Assembly: GCA_021803425.1 (NCBI GenBank)
Contig: JAJZLN010000021.1
Span: 1,252 to 65,251, forward strand
Direction of reading: 5' to 3'
DNA length: 64,000 bases
Source of the DNA: Candidatus Micrarchaeota archaeon
Lineage (GTDB): Archaea; Micrarchaeota; Micrarchaeia; Micrarchaeales; CABMGC01
Shown: in pieces, positions 37,577 to 46,913 of the stretch
Layout: every line of letters begins with the position of its first letter
How positions within the stretch are numbered: position 1 is the stretch's first letter
Program-made: the position numbers and the translations under genes
Notes under the pieces: model-generated
Seen by the model: the letters and a program-made list of their open reading frames with translations, nothing else
What the model was told of the DNA's origin: nothing
The model's database searches: none

Positions 37577-38798
37577 ACTTACGGATCTCTCCAAATTTTT
37601 CATTAGCAAAAAACTTGGGGCGATTTCTGGCAAGGCGGTGGTGCGGGTTGACATCAATGTTCCGGTTAATGATGAAGTTATAAGCAAAAACAATCTGAGG
37701 CTTAAATCGTGCGCCAAAGCCATAGACACATATGTAAACAACGGAATAATCCCCATAATACTCGCACATCAAGGCAGGAAAGGTGATGATGACTACCTAA
37801 ATAGCCTTGAGCAGCACGCAACAGTACTCCAGAGCATGGTGGAAAATGCAAGAATAAAGTATTCGAACAGCCTCACCGATTCTGAGACTGAAAAAGCTGC
37901 TGCTGGATTGAAAGAGGGAGAAGCTCTTTTATTAAGGAATGTGAGAGATCATGAGGATGAAAAGGGGAAATTCGGATCGATTGACGAAATGAAGACGTCA
38001 AAAATGGTAAAATTCTTCTCGAATATTGCAGATTTCTACATAAATGATGCCCCTGCAACAATGCACAGGCAAGATACATCACTTATCGGTTTTATTGGTG
38101 CAATGCCAAGTTATCTTGGGGTGCAGATGGAAGAGGAGCTTAGGATACTGAAAGAAATAAAAGATAATATGCGTTCGGTAAACAAGACTTCAATAATATT
38201 TGGGGGAAAGAAGTGGGAAAAATTTGAGTACATATATGAGATAGCGAAAAACAAAAGCGTGAATGTTTTATGTGGTGGGGTTCCGGGCCAGTCCATATGC
38301 TACGTAATGAACAAAAAAAGCTTCAACAAAGAGAATGAACAATACATAATCAAGAATGGGAGCTTGGATATTGCAGAAAAACTTATGCATGAGTTTGGTG
38401 ATAAGATATTATATCCCAAAGATTTCATACTTGAAGATGGAGAGAATGTTGGATTAGATGAGCTACGTTTCAAGAGAGGCAGCATAATGGATATTGGCGA
38501 CAGCACTTTGAAGAACTTCTTTGAAGATCTGGATGGTTCTGAAATGATAATATATGCAGGGCCTGTAGGAAGATATGAAAAGGGCTATAATCAGACAATA
38601 AGGCTAATAACAAGATTTATGGGGATAAAGGCCTTAAACTACACACTTGGAGGGAATTCTGCAGATTCCATGGATGATATAGGCATAGATAAGGCATATG
38701 AAATGCTTGATGGAAAGAGGATAACTAGTGGTGGTGCAGGACTTGCGTATATAGCAGGCCACGAAATACCTGTGCTTAAGGCGTTCGAGTCAAATTAG
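37551..38798 (+). CDS. pgk: Phosphoglycerate kinase
   Basis: RVDINVPV, ILAHQGRKGDDDY and the C-terminal GGGAGLAYI pattern of archaeal PGK. 415 aa; overlaps fbp by 26 nt. Confidence 0.85.
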   Translation: MRQRRDLGELTDLSKFFISKKLGAISGKAVVRVDINVPVNDEVISKNNLRLKSCAKAIDTYVNNGIIPIILAHQGRKGDDDYLNSLEQHATVLQSMVENARIKYSNSLTDSETEKAAAGLKEGEALLLRNVRDHEDEKGKFGSIDEMKTSKMVKFFSNIADFYINDAPATMHRQDTSLIGFIGAMPSYLGVQMEEELRILKEIKDNMRSVNKTSIIFGGKKWEKFEYIYEIAKNKSVNVLCGGVPGQSICYVMNKKSFNKENEQYIIKNGSLDIAEKLMHEFGDKILYPKDFILEDGENVGLDELRFKRGSIMDIGDSTLKNFFEDLDGSEMIIYAGPVGRYEKGYNQTIRLITRFMGIKALNYTLGGNSADSMDDIGIDKAYEMLDGKRITSGGAGLAYIAGHEIPVLKAFESN

Positions 38799-38817
38799 GT
38801 ACGCTGAGATGTCAGCG

Positions 38818-39306
38818 TCAGTCGCGCAAAACAGATTTTTCTGAGGCATTTGCACCTCCTTCTCGTTTGCTACTGTTTTTAATACCAACTATTGCCGGTG
38901 CGACTGCATTAGGCTTAAGATAGGCTCCTAACAAGAATCTTATTTCATCATATGGCTCTGACCGCACATATATCAGTAATGGAGATTTGCCGGGCCAAAT
39001 GTCGACAGTGGTGTCCGGGCCCTTGTTTTTTGATAGTTCAACAATTTCTCCTTTTTCGTTGAAACTGTATGCTCCATCCCTGTTTTTTATTTCGCCTTCA
39101 GCAAGCCAAAACCATTTGCCGCTCAATTCTCTTATTAATTCTGAAGAGATTGAAAGGGCTTCTTTGTAGGTAAGCGGCCTGAGCCCATTGTCAGAAAGAA
39201 GCTGTTTGGAGAAATCATATGTGCCTTTTGAATTTGATACGAATAGCGATAGTTTTCCGTGTTTTATCTCTTTGAATTCTGTTGCCTCTTTTGCTTTTGT
39301 TCCCAT
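38818..39306 (-). CDS. Hypothetical protein
   Basis: 162-aa ORF with normal composition and no recognisable motif. Confidence 0.45.
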   Translation of the reverse strand: MGTKAKEATEFKEIKHGKLSLFVSNSKGTYDFSKQLLSDNGLRPLTYKEALSISSELIRELSGKWFWLAEGEIKNRDGAYSFNEKGEIVELSKNKGPDTTVDIWPGKSPLLIYVRSEPYDEIRFLLGAYLKPNAVAPAIVGIKNSSKREGGANASEKSVLRD

Positions 39307-39496
39307 GCAGTTATAATGTTATGTAAAGTATTTAAATCTATTTAGGCTATCGTATCCGAAGGAAGTGTTGCTGCACCATAGCACTCAATAGCAGAACACT
39401 TGTTCTTTTCAATATTTGTTATATTACCTGTGCCGTGTTTAGTGCTTATCAACATTTGCCCACTTTTGCAGTAGCAGCGCTACACAAACAGTGGAC

Positions 39497-39582
39497 CGCT
39501 GGGACCGAGAATCGAACTCGGGAAGGCCATTTCTGGCCAAACAGCTTAGCAGGCTGCCGCCCTACCACTAGGCGATCCCAGC
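39497..39582 (-). tRNA. tRNA-Ser (anticodon GCU)
   Basis: Manual fold of the reverse complement: acceptor GCTGGGA/TCCCAGC; anticodon stem GCAGC/GCTGT with loop CTGCTAA; long variable arm TTGGCCAGAAATGGCCTTC; T arm CCGAG-TTCGATT-CTCGG; discriminator G. No encoded CCA; 86 nt. Confidence 0.9.
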
Positions 39583-39596
39583 ATGAAATCGCAAAT

Positions 39597-39886
39597 GCAG
39601 CAGAAGCAGCTTTGCACGATGAAGTTATATAAGATTGCTATGCTTCCGCTCAATCCTGTATCTTTAGAGCATAGTTCTTTGTACGCGCATGTGAACGTAC
39701 ACATACGCCATATACTTAGGGTTGCTCCTTCCGGCCTGGCCCGATTCATATACAGAACTACCACTAAAGGCAAGATCTCAACACTTCGGTATAGGTCTTA
39801 TATATCTGCATCATACTCTACTAGCATTGGCCCGCCTGAAGGGGATTTGCGGATGGGAAACCCCTAGCTTCCCGCCTATCTGCTGC
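39597..39886 (-). ncRNA. ffs: Signal recognition particle RNA (7S / SRP RNA)
   Basis: The reverse complement contains the helix-8 core GGGCCAGGCCGGAAGGAGCAACCC with a GGAA tetraloop. Terminal helix GCAGCAGA (5') / TCTGCTGC (3'). Alu-domain-like GGCGGGAAGCTAGGGGTTTCCC...CCCCTTCAGGCGGGCC. Long helix-5 complementarity (GATGCAGATATATAAGA / TCTTATATAACTTCATC). About 290 nt and GC-rich. Confidence 0.8.
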
Positions 39887-39983
39887 AGTATACATTTTCT
39901 CCAAAACCTTAAATAAACTCGCTTACATATATCAGCAATAATAGGCAGCGTTTTCAGTCAATAGCTGCTGAAGAGGTATTTAT

Positions 39984-40391
39984 TTGGATTATGAACAACT
40001 GTTGGATAAGGCTTTTACGCAGCTGCCAAACCTGTCAGAAGAAAAAGCTGACTTCAAAGTGCCCCAAATAGATTCACTTGTGCAAGGAAACAAGACAATA
40101 ATAAAAAATATTTCACAGATAGCGGATACGGCACGAAGGGAAAAGAGTGAAATTGCAAAATATTTGTCTAAAGAACTGGCTGCCCCGGTTTCATCAGATT
40201 CTTCTGAATTGACAATAATGGCAAAGATACCGCTGAGCACCCTCAATGAGAAGATAAAAAAATACTTTGAGCTTTACATAATTTGTAAGGAGTGCCATAA
40301 ACCGGATACACATGTGCAGATGATTGACAGAGGATACACTACAATAGTATGTGAAGCATGTGGGGCAAAATACACGGTAAAGAATTCATGA
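39984..40391 (+). CDS. eif2b: Translation initiation factor 2 subunit beta (aIF2-beta)
   Basis: DYEQLLDKAF..LP...FKVP....QGNKTII.N...IA..L.R and the C-terminal zinc ribbon CKECHKPDT...CEACGA. TTG start; 135 aa. Confidence 0.9.
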   Translation: MDYEQLLDKAFTQLPNLSEEKADFKVPQIDSLVQGNKTIIKNISQIADTARREKSEIAKYLSKELAAPVSSDSSELTIMAKIPLSTLNEKIKKYFELYIICKECHKPDTHVQMIDRGYTTIVCEACGAKYTVKNS

Positions 40392-40392
40392 A

Positions 40393-40713
40393 GTGAATAT
40401 TATGCAATACCACAAAAATAACAATGCGCCTGAAGAACACAGGCTTGTGATGCCCCACGAAAATGAGGTCGTTGGAGTAGTAATAAAGGCGCTTGGTGCA
40501 TCAAAATTCAGCGTATTATGCTCTGATAACAATGAAAGGATATGTGCCATACCTGGGCGGCTCAGAAGGCGTTTTTGGATAAAAGAGAATGATATGGTTC
40601 TGGTAAAGCCATGGGTCGTTCAAGGCAACGAAAAGGGGGATATAGTATATAGGTACAGCATTATGGACAAGGAAAGCCTTAAACAGAAGGGCATCAATGT
40701 TCCGGAGGTATAA
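40393..40713 (+). CDS. eif1a: Translation initiation factor 1A (aIF1A)
   Basis: S1-like OB fold: VGVVIKALGASKFSVLCSDNNERICAIPGRLRRRFWIKENDMVLVKPW; 106 aa. Confidence 0.9.
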   Translation: MNIMQYHKNNNAPEEHRLVMPHENEVVGVVIKALGASKFSVLCSDNNERICAIPGRLRRRFWIKENDMVLVKPWVVQGNEKGDIVYRYSIMDKESLKQKGINVPEV

Positions 40714-40723
40714 TCGTTTCTAC

Positions 40724-41485
40724 CTAGACCTGCTTTATGTATTTTATAACACTGTTCACTTCCTTTTCTACTTTATAGGACTTCTTAAAATAATATAGCA
40801 AGTTTGTTATGTCTCTATCTAAAAATTCTGATGCTTTGGGATGTTTTGTTACGACTGCCTGACCGAAATCTATTATGTACGGAATTTCACCTACCATGAG
40901 TATATTATATTCGCTTATATCCCCGTGTACAAGATCTGCGCCATAAAGACGCTTGATGTCCTCTAATATCGAATTGAGCACCTCTTCGGGATTGCTTAAT
41001 ACGGTATTTTTCATCATTTTAGATGGATTCTTGTCTTCACCCAGAAATTCCATTGCAAGAACATTGCCTTTGAAGTAATACGGTTTTGGGGCATGGACGC
41101 CTGCAAGCTGCGCTATTTTAAGATTGCCATATTCCTTCTTGCACCATTCATTGACTATATCGAATATGCCTAATTTTATCTTATCGAATCTGGGATCTCC
41201 AAGCATATATTCAGTACGTCTGTCAAAACTTGACGTCTCTATCCTGAATATTTTGAGCGCTACGTACCGAGCCTCTACACCAGTTCCTGAATCGGCAATA
41301 TAAACATCTGCTTCCTTTCCTGTTGCAATTATGAAATCAAGTTTTGATATTATGTTGTGATTGAACATTCTCCACAGTGACATCATGGACCTATTATCAA
41401 AAATGCCCTCTTCTATCTTTAGCTGCTCCTTGAGCATGTGCACTTGCCTGTCCGGCCTCTTTCTTGTACTGCGCTTTCTTGACAT
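40724..41485 (-). CDS. rio1: RIO-type serine protein kinase (Rio1-like)
   Basis: IATGKEADVY, catalytic LVHGDISEYNIL and IIDFGQAV. No N-terminal wHTH, so Rio1 rather than Rio2. Adjacency to aIF1A is a common archaeal arrangement. Confidence 0.85.
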   Translation of the reverse strand: MSRKRSTRKRPDRQVHMLKEQLKIEEGIFDNRSMMSLWRMFNHNIISKLDFIIATGKEADVYIADSGTGVEARYVALKIFRIETSSFDRRTEYMLGDPRFDKIKLGIFDIVNEWCKKEYGNLKIAQLAGVHAPKPYYFKGNVLAMEFLGEDKNPSKMMKNTVLSNPEEVLNSILEDIKRLYGADLVHGDISEYNILMVGEIPYIIDFGQAVVTKHPKASEFLDRDITNLLYYFKKSYKVEKEVNSVIKYIKQV

Positions 41486-41543
41486 AATACTGAACTCTAT
41501 TAGGACAAAGATATTTTAATGTGTAGAGGTTATTTGTTGGTGT

Positions 41544-42194
41544 ATGGAAAGCGTGAGGATAATAGTTGACAATAGGGAGAGGAATACTGACATACTTAAA
41601 GGACTTTCGGGATTGGGAGCCTGCCTGGATTTTGAACAGCTGCCGGTAGGCGATTACATAATATCCAAAAGGATGTGCATTGAAAGAAAAACAGTAAACG
41701 ATTTCGAGAGTTCAATAATGGACAACAGACTTTTTGATCAGGCTGATAGACTCAAAAAGAGCTTTGAAAAGCCAATAATCATAATAGAGGGGGACAGAAG
41801 CCAGCATAGGCTTGGCAGTAATGTGATAACTGGAGCCGTATTGAAACTTTATGCAGATCATGGCGTACAGATATTAAATTCGGATAGTCCTAAAAATACG
41901 GCATTCATGCTTTACAACTTTGCTGAAAGGGAGCAGTTAAAAGAAGGGGGGGAACCTAGACTTGTTGGACTTAAAAAAGCCAATACAACCAGGCAATGGC
42001 AGTTACTCATACTAGGTACGATACCGGGAATAGGACCGAAACTTGCAATAAAGCTGATATCACACTTCAAAACAGTGCAAAAGGTGACTTCGGCTAACAT
42101 CGATGAACTAATGGAAGTAGATAAAATAGGGAAAAAGAAGGCAGAAAGGATATATAATATACTCAATACTGAATTTATTCTTGAAAAGGTGTAA
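41544..42194 (+). CDS. xpf: ERCC4-type nuclease, short XPF/Hef form (nuclease + HhH2)
   Basis: ERCC4 motifs VDNRER, GDYIIS and IERKTVNDFESSI, plus a C-terminal tandem helix-hairpin-helix (IPGIGPKLA...VDKIGKKKAERI). 216 aa with no helicase domain. Confidence 0.8.
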   Translation: MESVRIIVDNRERNTDILKGLSGLGACLDFEQLPVGDYIISKRMCIERKTVNDFESSIMDNRLFDQADRLKKSFEKPIIIIEGDRSQHRLGSNVITGAVLKLYADHGVQILNSDSPKNTAFMLYNFAEREQLKEGGEPRLVGLKKANTTRQWQLLILGTIPGIGPKLAIKLISHFKTVQKVTSANIDELMEVDKIGKKKAERIYNILNTEFILEKV

Positions 42195-42196
42195 TC

Positions 42197-42832
42197 TTGA
42201 ATTTGCTTAATAGGATACTGGATGGAAGTAGTGAAAAATCGATCTTTGAGAAGGGCAAGAGGATGGTTGACCATGCAGTTGCAGCAAACAATGTTTTGAT
42301 AAAGATAATAAAAAAATCAGATGACCTTCAGGAACTCAGAAATATAGAGAAATTGGCTGACAAAGAAGTCTTTGAATTGTCAAACGCAGTGACATCTGGG
42401 GCCGTTGCGCCGAATCTGATAGATGACATGATACGTTTTGTAAATATGGAAGATGATATAGTTGATACTATGTTCAACCTTGGAAGGGCCATAATAAGGT
42501 ACAGGGGCAGAAACAAGAAAGTGGATAAGTACATAGAAAACAAAATGTTGAAGCTAACGGCACTTATGAACTCTGCGCTTTTGCTGCTTTACGAAATGCA
42601 TAATATACAAAAACTTTCAGATGCAAGCAGATTCAGATTTAAGATAGAAGCCGTAGAACAGGAGGGTGACGTGATAAAGGATTCCATGCTTGACTACGCA
42701 TACTCAACAGATCTGGATTTCAAGGCGTTTTACCACATACAAAACGTAGCATACCTTGCAGATGACATATTAGACAATTGTGAAGACGCGGCAGACATGA
42801 TTACCAGCATAATGAGATCCGTACTTACATAG
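42197..42832 (+). CDS. DUF47 / PhoU-like phosphate-transport regulator family protein
   Basis: Two-repeat helical protein (IEKLADKEVFELSN...MEDDIVDTM; IEAVEQEGDVIKDSM...LADDILDNCEDAAD) immediately upstream of a PiT-like permease, the usual pairing. Confidence 0.6.
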   Translation: MNLLNRILDGSSEKSIFEKGKRMVDHAVAANNVLIKIIKKSDDLQELRNIEKLADKEVFELSNAVTSGAVAPNLIDDMIRFVNMEDDIVDTMFNLGRAIIRYRGRNKKVDKYIENKMLKLTALMNSALLLLYEMHNIQKLSDASRFRFKIEAVEQEGDVIKDSMLDYAYSTDLDFKAFYHIQNVAYLADDILDNCEDAADMITSIMRSVLT

Positions 42833-42839
42833 TGATTGC

Positions 42840-43778
42840 TTGCTTGACGCGGTAATATATCTGCTTTTCTTCGTGCTTGTGGCATTAGTGTCAGGAAATA
42901 ATCTATCAGTCTGCACTGGTTCTATAATATCGTCCAGGATAGTTAAAAAAAGCACAGGAATAATCATTGGAATTGTGGGGTATTCTATTGGGTTTGTAAT
43001 GCAAGGAGACCTGCTTAAAATAGGGTTGATTGCCATTATGCCGTCTCCTTCAGCCTATCTAATAATAATTGCACTTTCCATAGCTTTGGCTATGTTCGTA
43101 GTGGCACATATAGCTAGAGTGCCACAGTCGTTGTCAATAACCTTCACAATGATAATAGTAGGCATAAGCATGGCATACGGAAAGGCATTTAGCATTGGCT
43201 ACTTTTCCAATATAATAGAATTCTGGATTTTGGCAGGCGCAGCGGCAGGAATCCTGACTGTTTTGTTGATGAAAATATCTTACAAGTTTACAATAAACTC
43301 TAAAATATGGGGTACTGTAGAACGTATAAAAGCACTCCTTATAATAGTGTCATTCTTAACGGCTTTTGTACTGGGAGCCAATACAATAGGTTTTGTTTTT
43401 GCATCGGTATCGGGCCTCATAAACGAGTCGTTCGGTATCGCCGTGGCAATAATGGCAATGGTGTTTGGTAGTGTACTGCTTAGTGGTGGTGAACTTAAGA
43501 GGATAGGGAATGAAATACTGCCTATGAGATATCTAAATGCCCTCATATCGCAGAGCATTTCAATGATCCTGGTTGAGGCAGGAACCCTATTAAGCATACC
43601 GATATCCAATACCCAAACATTCACAGCAAGCCTTTATGGAGCAGGATTGAGCTACAGAACAAGAATGCTTAGGAAGAAGCCTCTTTTCAGCATAATAGCA
43701 GCCTGGATACTTACTGCACTCATTGCGCTGATTCTGGGATATTCTGCTACATTTATTTTTTATCATGCCGTATTGTAG
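42840..43778 (+). CDS. Putative inorganic phosphate transporter (PiT family), divergent
   Basis: 312-aa polytopic membrane protein. SGNNLSVCTGS occupies the position of the PiT GANDVAN motif. The genomic pairing with DUF47 supports the call. Confidence 0.5.
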   Translation: MLDAVIYLLFFVLVALVSGNNLSVCTGSIISSRIVKKSTGIIIGIVGYSIGFVMQGDLLKIGLIAIMPSPSAYLIIIALSIALAMFVVAHIARVPQSLSITFTMIIVGISMAYGKAFSIGYFSNIIEFWILAGAAAGILTVLLMKISYKFTINSKIWGTVERIKALLIIVSFLTAFVLGANTIGFVFASVSGLINESFGIAVAIMAMVFGSVLLSGGELKRIGNEILPMRYLNALISQSISMILVEAGTLLSIPISNTQTFTASLYGAGLSYRTRMLRKKPLFSIIAAWILTALIALILGYSATFIFYHAVL

Positions 43779-44211
43779 TGGCAGCCACATCAATGCTTAC
43801 TGAAGGATCAAGCAATAAACTATATTCTTTTATGATATTTAGATTAAACTTGGAAATTGCCTGATTCAAAATCTTTTTGCTATTTGAGAATAAGATTATT
43901 CTGCTTCCGGATCCTGAAACGCTTCTGATTGCGTCGTTTACCTGCATTGTGCCAGCTATAAAAAGTAGTATTTCCATCTGAAGAGACTTTGCCGCAGCAA
44001 CGCCTTCCTCACGCCTCACCACGGCATTTATATACGCAGGTATGAATCTTTTTTCTATGCCTTTAATGTTCTTTATTACGAGAAGAAAATTTCCACCTTT
44101 TGATATTTTATTGGCCTTAGATATCAAAGAACTTCCGGATCCTTTGGATTCTACAAGAAATGCGAAAAAACCGCTATCCGACTCTTTTCTCATGTTATCT
44201 GTTTCCATCAT
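43753..44211 (-). CDS. cgi121: Possible KEOPS complex subunit Cgi121
   Basis: 152 aa. MEILLFIAGTMQVNDAIRSVSG resembles the Cgi121 'LL..aGtrQI..Ai...G' motif. Weak, from memory. Confidence 0.4.
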   Translation of the reverse strand: MMETDNMRKESDSGFFAFLVESKGSGSSLISKANKISKGGNFLLVIKNIKGIEKRFIPAYINAVVRREEGVAAAKSLQMEILLFIAGTMQVNDAIRSVSGSGSRIILFSNSKKILNQAISKFNLNIIKEYSLLLDPSVSIDVAATTIRHDKK

Positions 44212-44398
44212 TTATCATCCGTAGACTTCAGTAGTATTGTTGATGAAATGATATATATGCTGCACTGTATTAGTCCGTATAAGGACGCAGAAGCTTGTAA
44301 TGTCAACTAATGCGATTTACAAAACTAGACAGTTAAGATCTTTTGGCCCATCTAGGGCATAAAACCTTAAATATAGGATTAGGCACAACGTTTTTATA

Positions 44399-44833
44399 GT
44401 GTTGAGATTTATAGATAATAAGATAAACACTAGTGATGGTATGAGCCAATTCGGATCGCAATTCCATGGAAAATCGGGAAGGAAACTGAAAGGAAATGGA
44501 AAGGTAAGATTAAAGAATAGGGATAAGAAAAGGTATGAAATGGGAGGGTATTTTTCTTCTACTAAACTTTCTGAAGAAAATCGCGTAAAGAATGTACGAA
44601 TACGCGGGGGTAGATTGAAAAGCAAGCTGCAATATGCAGGATATGCTAATATCTTCTCAGGCAAAACATATAAAAAAGTAAAAATCAAGTCAATTGTGGA
44701 ATCTAAAGATAACAGGAATTTTGCTAGGTTGAATATCATAACCAAAGGCACTATAATAGATACTGAAGAAGGAAAAGCAATGGTCACAAACAGGCCTGGC
44801 AAGGACGGATCCATAAATGCAATTAAGATATAG
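44399..44833 (+). CDS. rps8e: 30S ribosomal protein S8e
   Basis: HGKSGRKLKGNGK, VRIRGGRLKSK, IITKGTIIDTEEGKAMVTNRPGKDGSINAIKI. The true start is probably the ATG at 44441 (MSQFGSQFHGKSGRK). Confidence 0.9.
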   Translation: MLRFIDNKINTSDGMSQFGSQFHGKSGRKLKGNGKVRLKNRDKKRYEMGGYFSSTKLSEENRVKNVRIRGGRLKSKLQYAGYANIFSGKTYKKVKIKSIVESKDNRNFARLNIITKGTIIDTEEGKAMVTNRPGKDGSINAIKI

Positions 44834-44847
44834 GTGCTGATATCACT

Positions 44848-45216
44848 ATGAGAGTTTACGTATGTGGCAGGGAAGATTCGGAAAAATTGAAGAAGCTCCT
44901 TGAATATGACCCATATCTTGATAAAAATTTGAACATCGATCAGATTGATGCACTTAAGAAAGATCATGAAGCGAATATCATATTTGCACGGCAGGACTAT
45001 TGGCTCAAGGATGGAATAAGCCTTGGACTGGATAGGGAGAAATATTATCTTATATTGAGTGCTGTAGACGAATTTCTTGAAGATGCAGAGAAAAAGCTTA
45101 TGAAATCTGTCCCCAGTATTAAAAGAGCTGAAAGTGAAGTTGAAGGGAAAGTTATATTGGAAATCGAAAAAGAGAGATCGGAAAGTGAACAGGGACTGGG
45201 CATGATATTCGGGTAG
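44848..45216 (+). CDS. Hypothetical protein
   Basis: 122-aa ORF following S8e. Acidic C-terminal half; no motif recognised. Confidence 0.4.
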   Translation: MRVYVCGREDSEKLKKLLEYDPYLDKNLNIDQIDALKKDHEANIIFARQDYWLKDGISLGLDREKYYLILSAVDEFLEDAEKKLMKSVPSIKRAESEVEGKVILEIEKERSESEQGLGMIFG

Positions 45217-45221
45217 ATTAC

Positions 45222-46124
45222 TTGAATTTTATAAGTGCAAACGATTTTTCAAAATCACAGATAAAGGAGTTGTTTGGTCTGTCAAAGATGCTCAAAGACA
45301 AGTCAAAAAGACCGCTATCAGATAGAAAACCGATAATGGCATTGCTTTTTGAAAAAGTGTCAACTAGAACCAGAATTTCATTTGAATCTGCAATGCTGCA
45401 ACTTGGAGGACACCCCATTTATATAGATGCAAGGACATCGCAGCTCTCTCGCGGAGAAAGCATCTCGGACACGGCACGCGTATTGAGTACATATGTAGAT
45501 ATAATAGCCGCACGGATGAATAGACATTCGGATCTCGAGGAATTTGCAAGCCACTCTGATGTTCCAGTAATAAATGCACTTACGGACTTTGAACACCCCT
45601 GCCAATCACTAAGTGATATCTACACCATACTTGAGGAATTCGGAAAGATATCTGGTATAAAAATAGCTTTTGTTGGAGATATAGCCTCAAATACTGCAAA
45701 CTCTTTGATGATTACTGCCTCTAAGATGGGCGCAGATGTTTCACTTGTAGGTCCAAAAGGATATGCGCCTAATGAAGCATACATTAAGAAAGCTAATGAG
45801 AATACGGATATATCCGTATGTAGCATACTTAAGGACGGATTAAAGGACTGCGATGTGATTTATACGGATACGTTTATAAGCATGGGGCAAGAAACCGAAT
45901 CAAAAAGGAGAAGGAGGATATTCTCCGGATACCAGGTAAATCAGGAGATGCTTAAATATGCAAAAAAAGGAGTGCGAATAATGCACTGCCTACCTGCGCA
46001 TAGAGGCGAGGAGATAACTTCGGAGGCATTAGACAGCAAAAATAGCCTTGTATGGAAACAAGCAGCAAATAAGCTTGTTGTTGAGAAAGCAATAATATTA
46101 TATTTATTGAGGCAACCAAAATAG
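45222..46124 (+). CDS. argF: Ornithine carbamoyltransferase
   Basis: FEKVSTRTRISFE, SQLSRGESISDTARV, HPCQSLSD and MHCLPAHRGEE. The HPCQ and HCLP motifs favour OTCase over ATCase. TTG start; 300 aa. Confidence 0.85.
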   Translation: MNFISANDFSKSQIKELFGLSKMLKDKSKRPLSDRKPIMALLFEKVSTRTRISFESAMLQLGGHPIYIDARTSQLSRGESISDTARVLSTYVDIIAARMNRHSDLEEFASHSDVPVINALTDFEHPCQSLSDIYTILEEFGKISGIKIAFVGDIASNTANSLMITASKMGADVSLVGPKGYAPNEAYIKKANENTDISVCSILKDGLKDCDVIYTDTFISMGQETESKRRRRIFSGYQVNQEMLKYAKKGVRIMHCLPAHRGEEITSEALDSKNSLVWKQAANKLVVEKAIILYLLRQPK

Positions 46125-46131
46125 TGGTGCA

Positions 46132-46833
46132 TTGATGGGAATAGTCTGTATTTCTCTTGGAGGAAGCATAGTATCAAGGAAGAATGGCATCAATGTATCC
46201 TACATAAGGAAACTCGCCAAGCTCCTTAGAAGCCATGTGGATAAAAATAAATTTATAATTACAGTAGGAGGAGGCTATGCCACAAGACTATACATAAACT
46301 CTGCAAAACAGATAATAAAAAATGATGCAGTACTTGATGAAATAGGAATAGCAATAACCAGAATCAATGCTCTGATAGTTAAGGATCTTTTTTCTGATAT
46401 GGATGTATATCCAAACATAGTAACTGACCTTAATGAACTGAGAATGGCAAACAAAAGTAACAATATAGTGCTTATGGGCGGACTTCTTCCGGGCATATCA
46501 ACAGATGCCGTTGCAATACTGGCATGCGAAGTTGCAGGCAGTAAGGTGCTTATCAACGTAAGCAAGGACGCATACATATACGACAGGTCGCCTTCAGAAA
46601 AAAATGCCAAGAAACTTGAGACAATCAGCCATAATAGGATGATAGAGGTGGCTTCATTGAGAGATACACGAGAAGCCGGATCAAACTTCGTGTTTGATCT
46701 TATGGCTGCAAAACTTGCAAAAAGAGGCAACATAGAGGTTAGATTTGTAAATGATGACATATTGCAGCTTGATATGGCAATACGCGGAAAAAAACACAGC
46801 GGCACTACAGTAAAACGAATGGATGCCAATTGA
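46132..46833 (+). CDS. pyrH: Uridylate (UMP) kinase, archaeal type
   Basis: Amino-acid-kinase fold: VCISLGGSIV, FIITVGGGYATRLYI, IGIAITRINALIV, GISTDAVAILACEV. The ATG at 46135 is the likely start. Confidence 0.7.
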   Translation: MMGIVCISLGGSIVSRKNGINVSYIRKLAKLLRSHVDKNKFIITVGGGYATRLYINSAKQIIKNDAVLDEIGIAITRINALIVKDLFSDMDVYPNIVTDLNELRMANKSNNIVLMGGLLPGISTDAVAILACEVAGSKVLINVSKDAYIYDRSPSEKNAKKLETISHNRMIEVASLRDTREAGSNFVFDLMAAKLAKRGNIEVRFVNDDILQLDMAIRGKKHSGTTVKRMDAN

Positions 46834-46913
46834 CAAGCCTGCCCCAGAGCTATTTACATCACTATATGTGCGCAGATGTGCATATTTTATTAGTATAATG
46901 CAATTCTTAATCG

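Noticed and set aside
39435-39916. Four overlapping ORFs (39435..39632, 39546..39773, 39583..39867, 39722..39916)
   Set aside because: They cover tRNA-Ser and the SRP RNA on both strands. The RNA-gene interpretation, with clear secondary-structure elements, explains the open frames.
44317-44967. 216-aa minus-strand ORF
   Set aside because: It is antisense to the well-supported S8e gene. Its composition is Phe/Leu/Ile/Ser-rich and low-complexity, and it has no motifs.
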